A program made the translations under genes and the position numbers. Shown here in pieces: positions 62,368-64,000 of a stretch of 64,000 nucleotides of DNA. The stretch covers positions 22,258,001 to 22,322,000 of the forward strand of contig OZ365114.1 of the NCBI GenBank assembly GCA_977030845.1, in the 5' to 3' direction. Every line of letters begins with the position of its first letter. The stretch's first letter is position 1. Source of the DNA: Fimbriosthenelais zetlandica (Eukaryota). The notes beneath the pieces were generated by a model. That model was not told the DNA's origin. It did not search any database and saw only the letters and a list, made by a program, of their open reading frames with translations.

Positions 62368-62866
62368 TTAAATGGTTCTTAGAAAATCCAAATAATATAT
62401 GATAAAGTGAGTGATTCTGTGGAATGAAACCCATTGTGTAATGACCGTATTTTGTGTTCAGATGAGTAATACGTAGCTGAAATATGTAGTCTGTAGAAAC
62501 CAAAGACAATTCGTGATATCGCCCTACTAGATCTTACTAGGAAGCTATTCATGTACATGATAACCAGAGCTAGCTTCATTCAGAGCTTGTTATTTTGCTT
62601 TTTGAAAAACAAATATGAAAATAGACGCTACGAAAGTTAGTGTCTAATTTATACGTCATGGCTGTTGCAAACGACAAGTACACAGAAACTGATGACGTCA
62701 CAAGCCGTATGCATGTAAACGACGTGCGTTTAAGAAATGATCGAGAGCACTTGCTTTGCCAAAAGTGGTTGTGTACATGGTGCAGATCGGGAAAAATTTT
62801 CCCAACCGCTCATTGGAACGCCTTTTGTCACTATTATAGCATTTTTCACCGCCATTTAACCTTTAA
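62368..62866. mobile_element. Possible decayed TTAA-flanked (Kolobok-type) non-autonomous element
   Basis: TTAA at 62368 and CCTTTAA at 62860-62866, with an internal TGACGTCA (62693). Terminal inverted similarity is poor. Confidence 0.2.
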
Positions 62867-63059
62867 GCCACGAGCCAATGATGGGGAGATCCTTTGGTCT
62901 TTGTGAAGTCCAATCTAACGTATAGAGAGACATGGGAAAATACAAGTCGGGCGTAATGTATTATGTATAGGGAGCAATTCAACGTTTACGTGCATATACA
63001 TCGCCTACCAAGCTCGCGGTTCAAACCGGCATTGCCGATTGTTTTCCTATTGTGCTCGA

Positions 63060-63480
63060 TATGAATTCTTTATGTCCTTTTTCTGATGGGCACAGAATAG
63101 ACGTGAACCAACCTTTGAGGACAGGCCATCAGGTGGAGCTGCAGATTATTGGACCAATTGTATGGAGTCGTTGTTGTCGCAGCAATTTATGAATGGATGT
63201 GATCTATTAGGATAAAAACTCTGCTGTGAGACCTAAATGCCATCCCATGTATCATACAGTAATATGAATGCGGTTTACAATTGTCATTGTCGGCGGCCGT
63301 CCGGGCCAACAAATAGATGCCGTAGGAATTATTTCTGATCAAATCTTTTGTGTTTTCTCAAAAGAGACTCAAAAGAGAGCCGGCATTGACGTTTGTCTGC
63401 ATGTATTGCACTGTAATCTCTTGCTGGTTTATTGTGGGGACTACCAAAATCATCAAGCGGCTTCACAAAATTTGAGAGAA
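63060..63480 (+). mobile_element. Possible relic of a non-LTR retrotransposon APE endonuclease
   Basis: Across frameshifts and stops: IDVNQPLR-(G/D)RPSGGAADYW, then *MP, then VGIISD, in the order of the GRP.GG..., VYMP and IIGD motifs of LINE endonucleases. This is resemblance by eye only. Confidence 0.3.
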
Positions 63481-64000
63481 AATGCATGAAACATAATAAC
63501 AAATGTTTTACCAAATCCTTGAACCTAGGAATTGATGCCATTCTATATTATGAGTAATAGATGATCATCGTTAATAGAACATAATGTGGGCTACTTCATG
63601 GAATAAAAATATAATGCTTTTTTTTTTTTACTCTTTTTGAAAAACAAAGCCCCCGACCAGCTGCTGAAATCTGATAACAATTAGTATACTATTTCACCTG
63701 GTAAATAATGTGATATATCAGCCATTTCTTTATTATGTTGGCCTTTCAGATTGATTTGATTTATTGACTGATCCATTATGTTATCTTTTTTTATCGCTTT
63801 CAATTGCAGTTTTGCACTGATGTTTAGCTTTATGTGGTTATTTGGATCTCTCCGCATTTGATGATAATTTTCAGTCTGTTCAGGTGTTGGTCTGTTGGGC
63901 TTCAGGTTGGTTGACTGAGAATTGGATAAGAATTCAGCTGGGTATGACCCAGACTATGCCAAGCGCTGCTGGGCTCTGCAACTACAAATCAATGTGAGGA

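Noticed and set aside
1-64000. CRISPR arrays, rRNA, tRNA genes, intact transposase or reverse transcriptase ORFs, prokaryotic systems
   Set aside because: No regularly spaced direct repeats, no structural-RNA signatures and no long uninterrupted ORFs. The window is spliceosomal eukaryotic DNA.

Overview
Eukaryotic genomic DNA of roughly 38-40% GC with canonical GT-AG introns. The sequence style suggests an invertebrate deuterostome, possibly an echinoderm; this is inference only. Two intron-containing genes can be assembled by hand on the minus strand with consistent exon phases. One is AGFG1/HRB (11 coding exons, 12362 to 4434, 602 aa; ArfGAP zinc finger plus FG/NPF tail). The other is an OATP4-like SLCO transporter (11 coding exons, 26649 to 15013, 818 aa). 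From about 27 kb to 64 kb I find no recognisable protein-coding gene. That part holds a probably bidirectional promoter inside a dense field of (T)AGGCCT(A) palindromes, an 86-bp near-perfect hairpin, decayed repeats, and a ~20 kb run of CpG-rich enhancer-like patches with a divergent pair of CTCF-consensus sites. The best leads are a candidate UGC-type microexon in SLCO, hidden NPF-encoding segments in AGFG1, the TAGGCCTA field and hairpin, and a chain of exon-like segments upstream of SLCO that stays in one reading frame. None can be confirmed without RNA-seq or alignments, and I cannot claim a new biological system from the sequence alone. No tRNA, rRNA or CRISPR array was seen.
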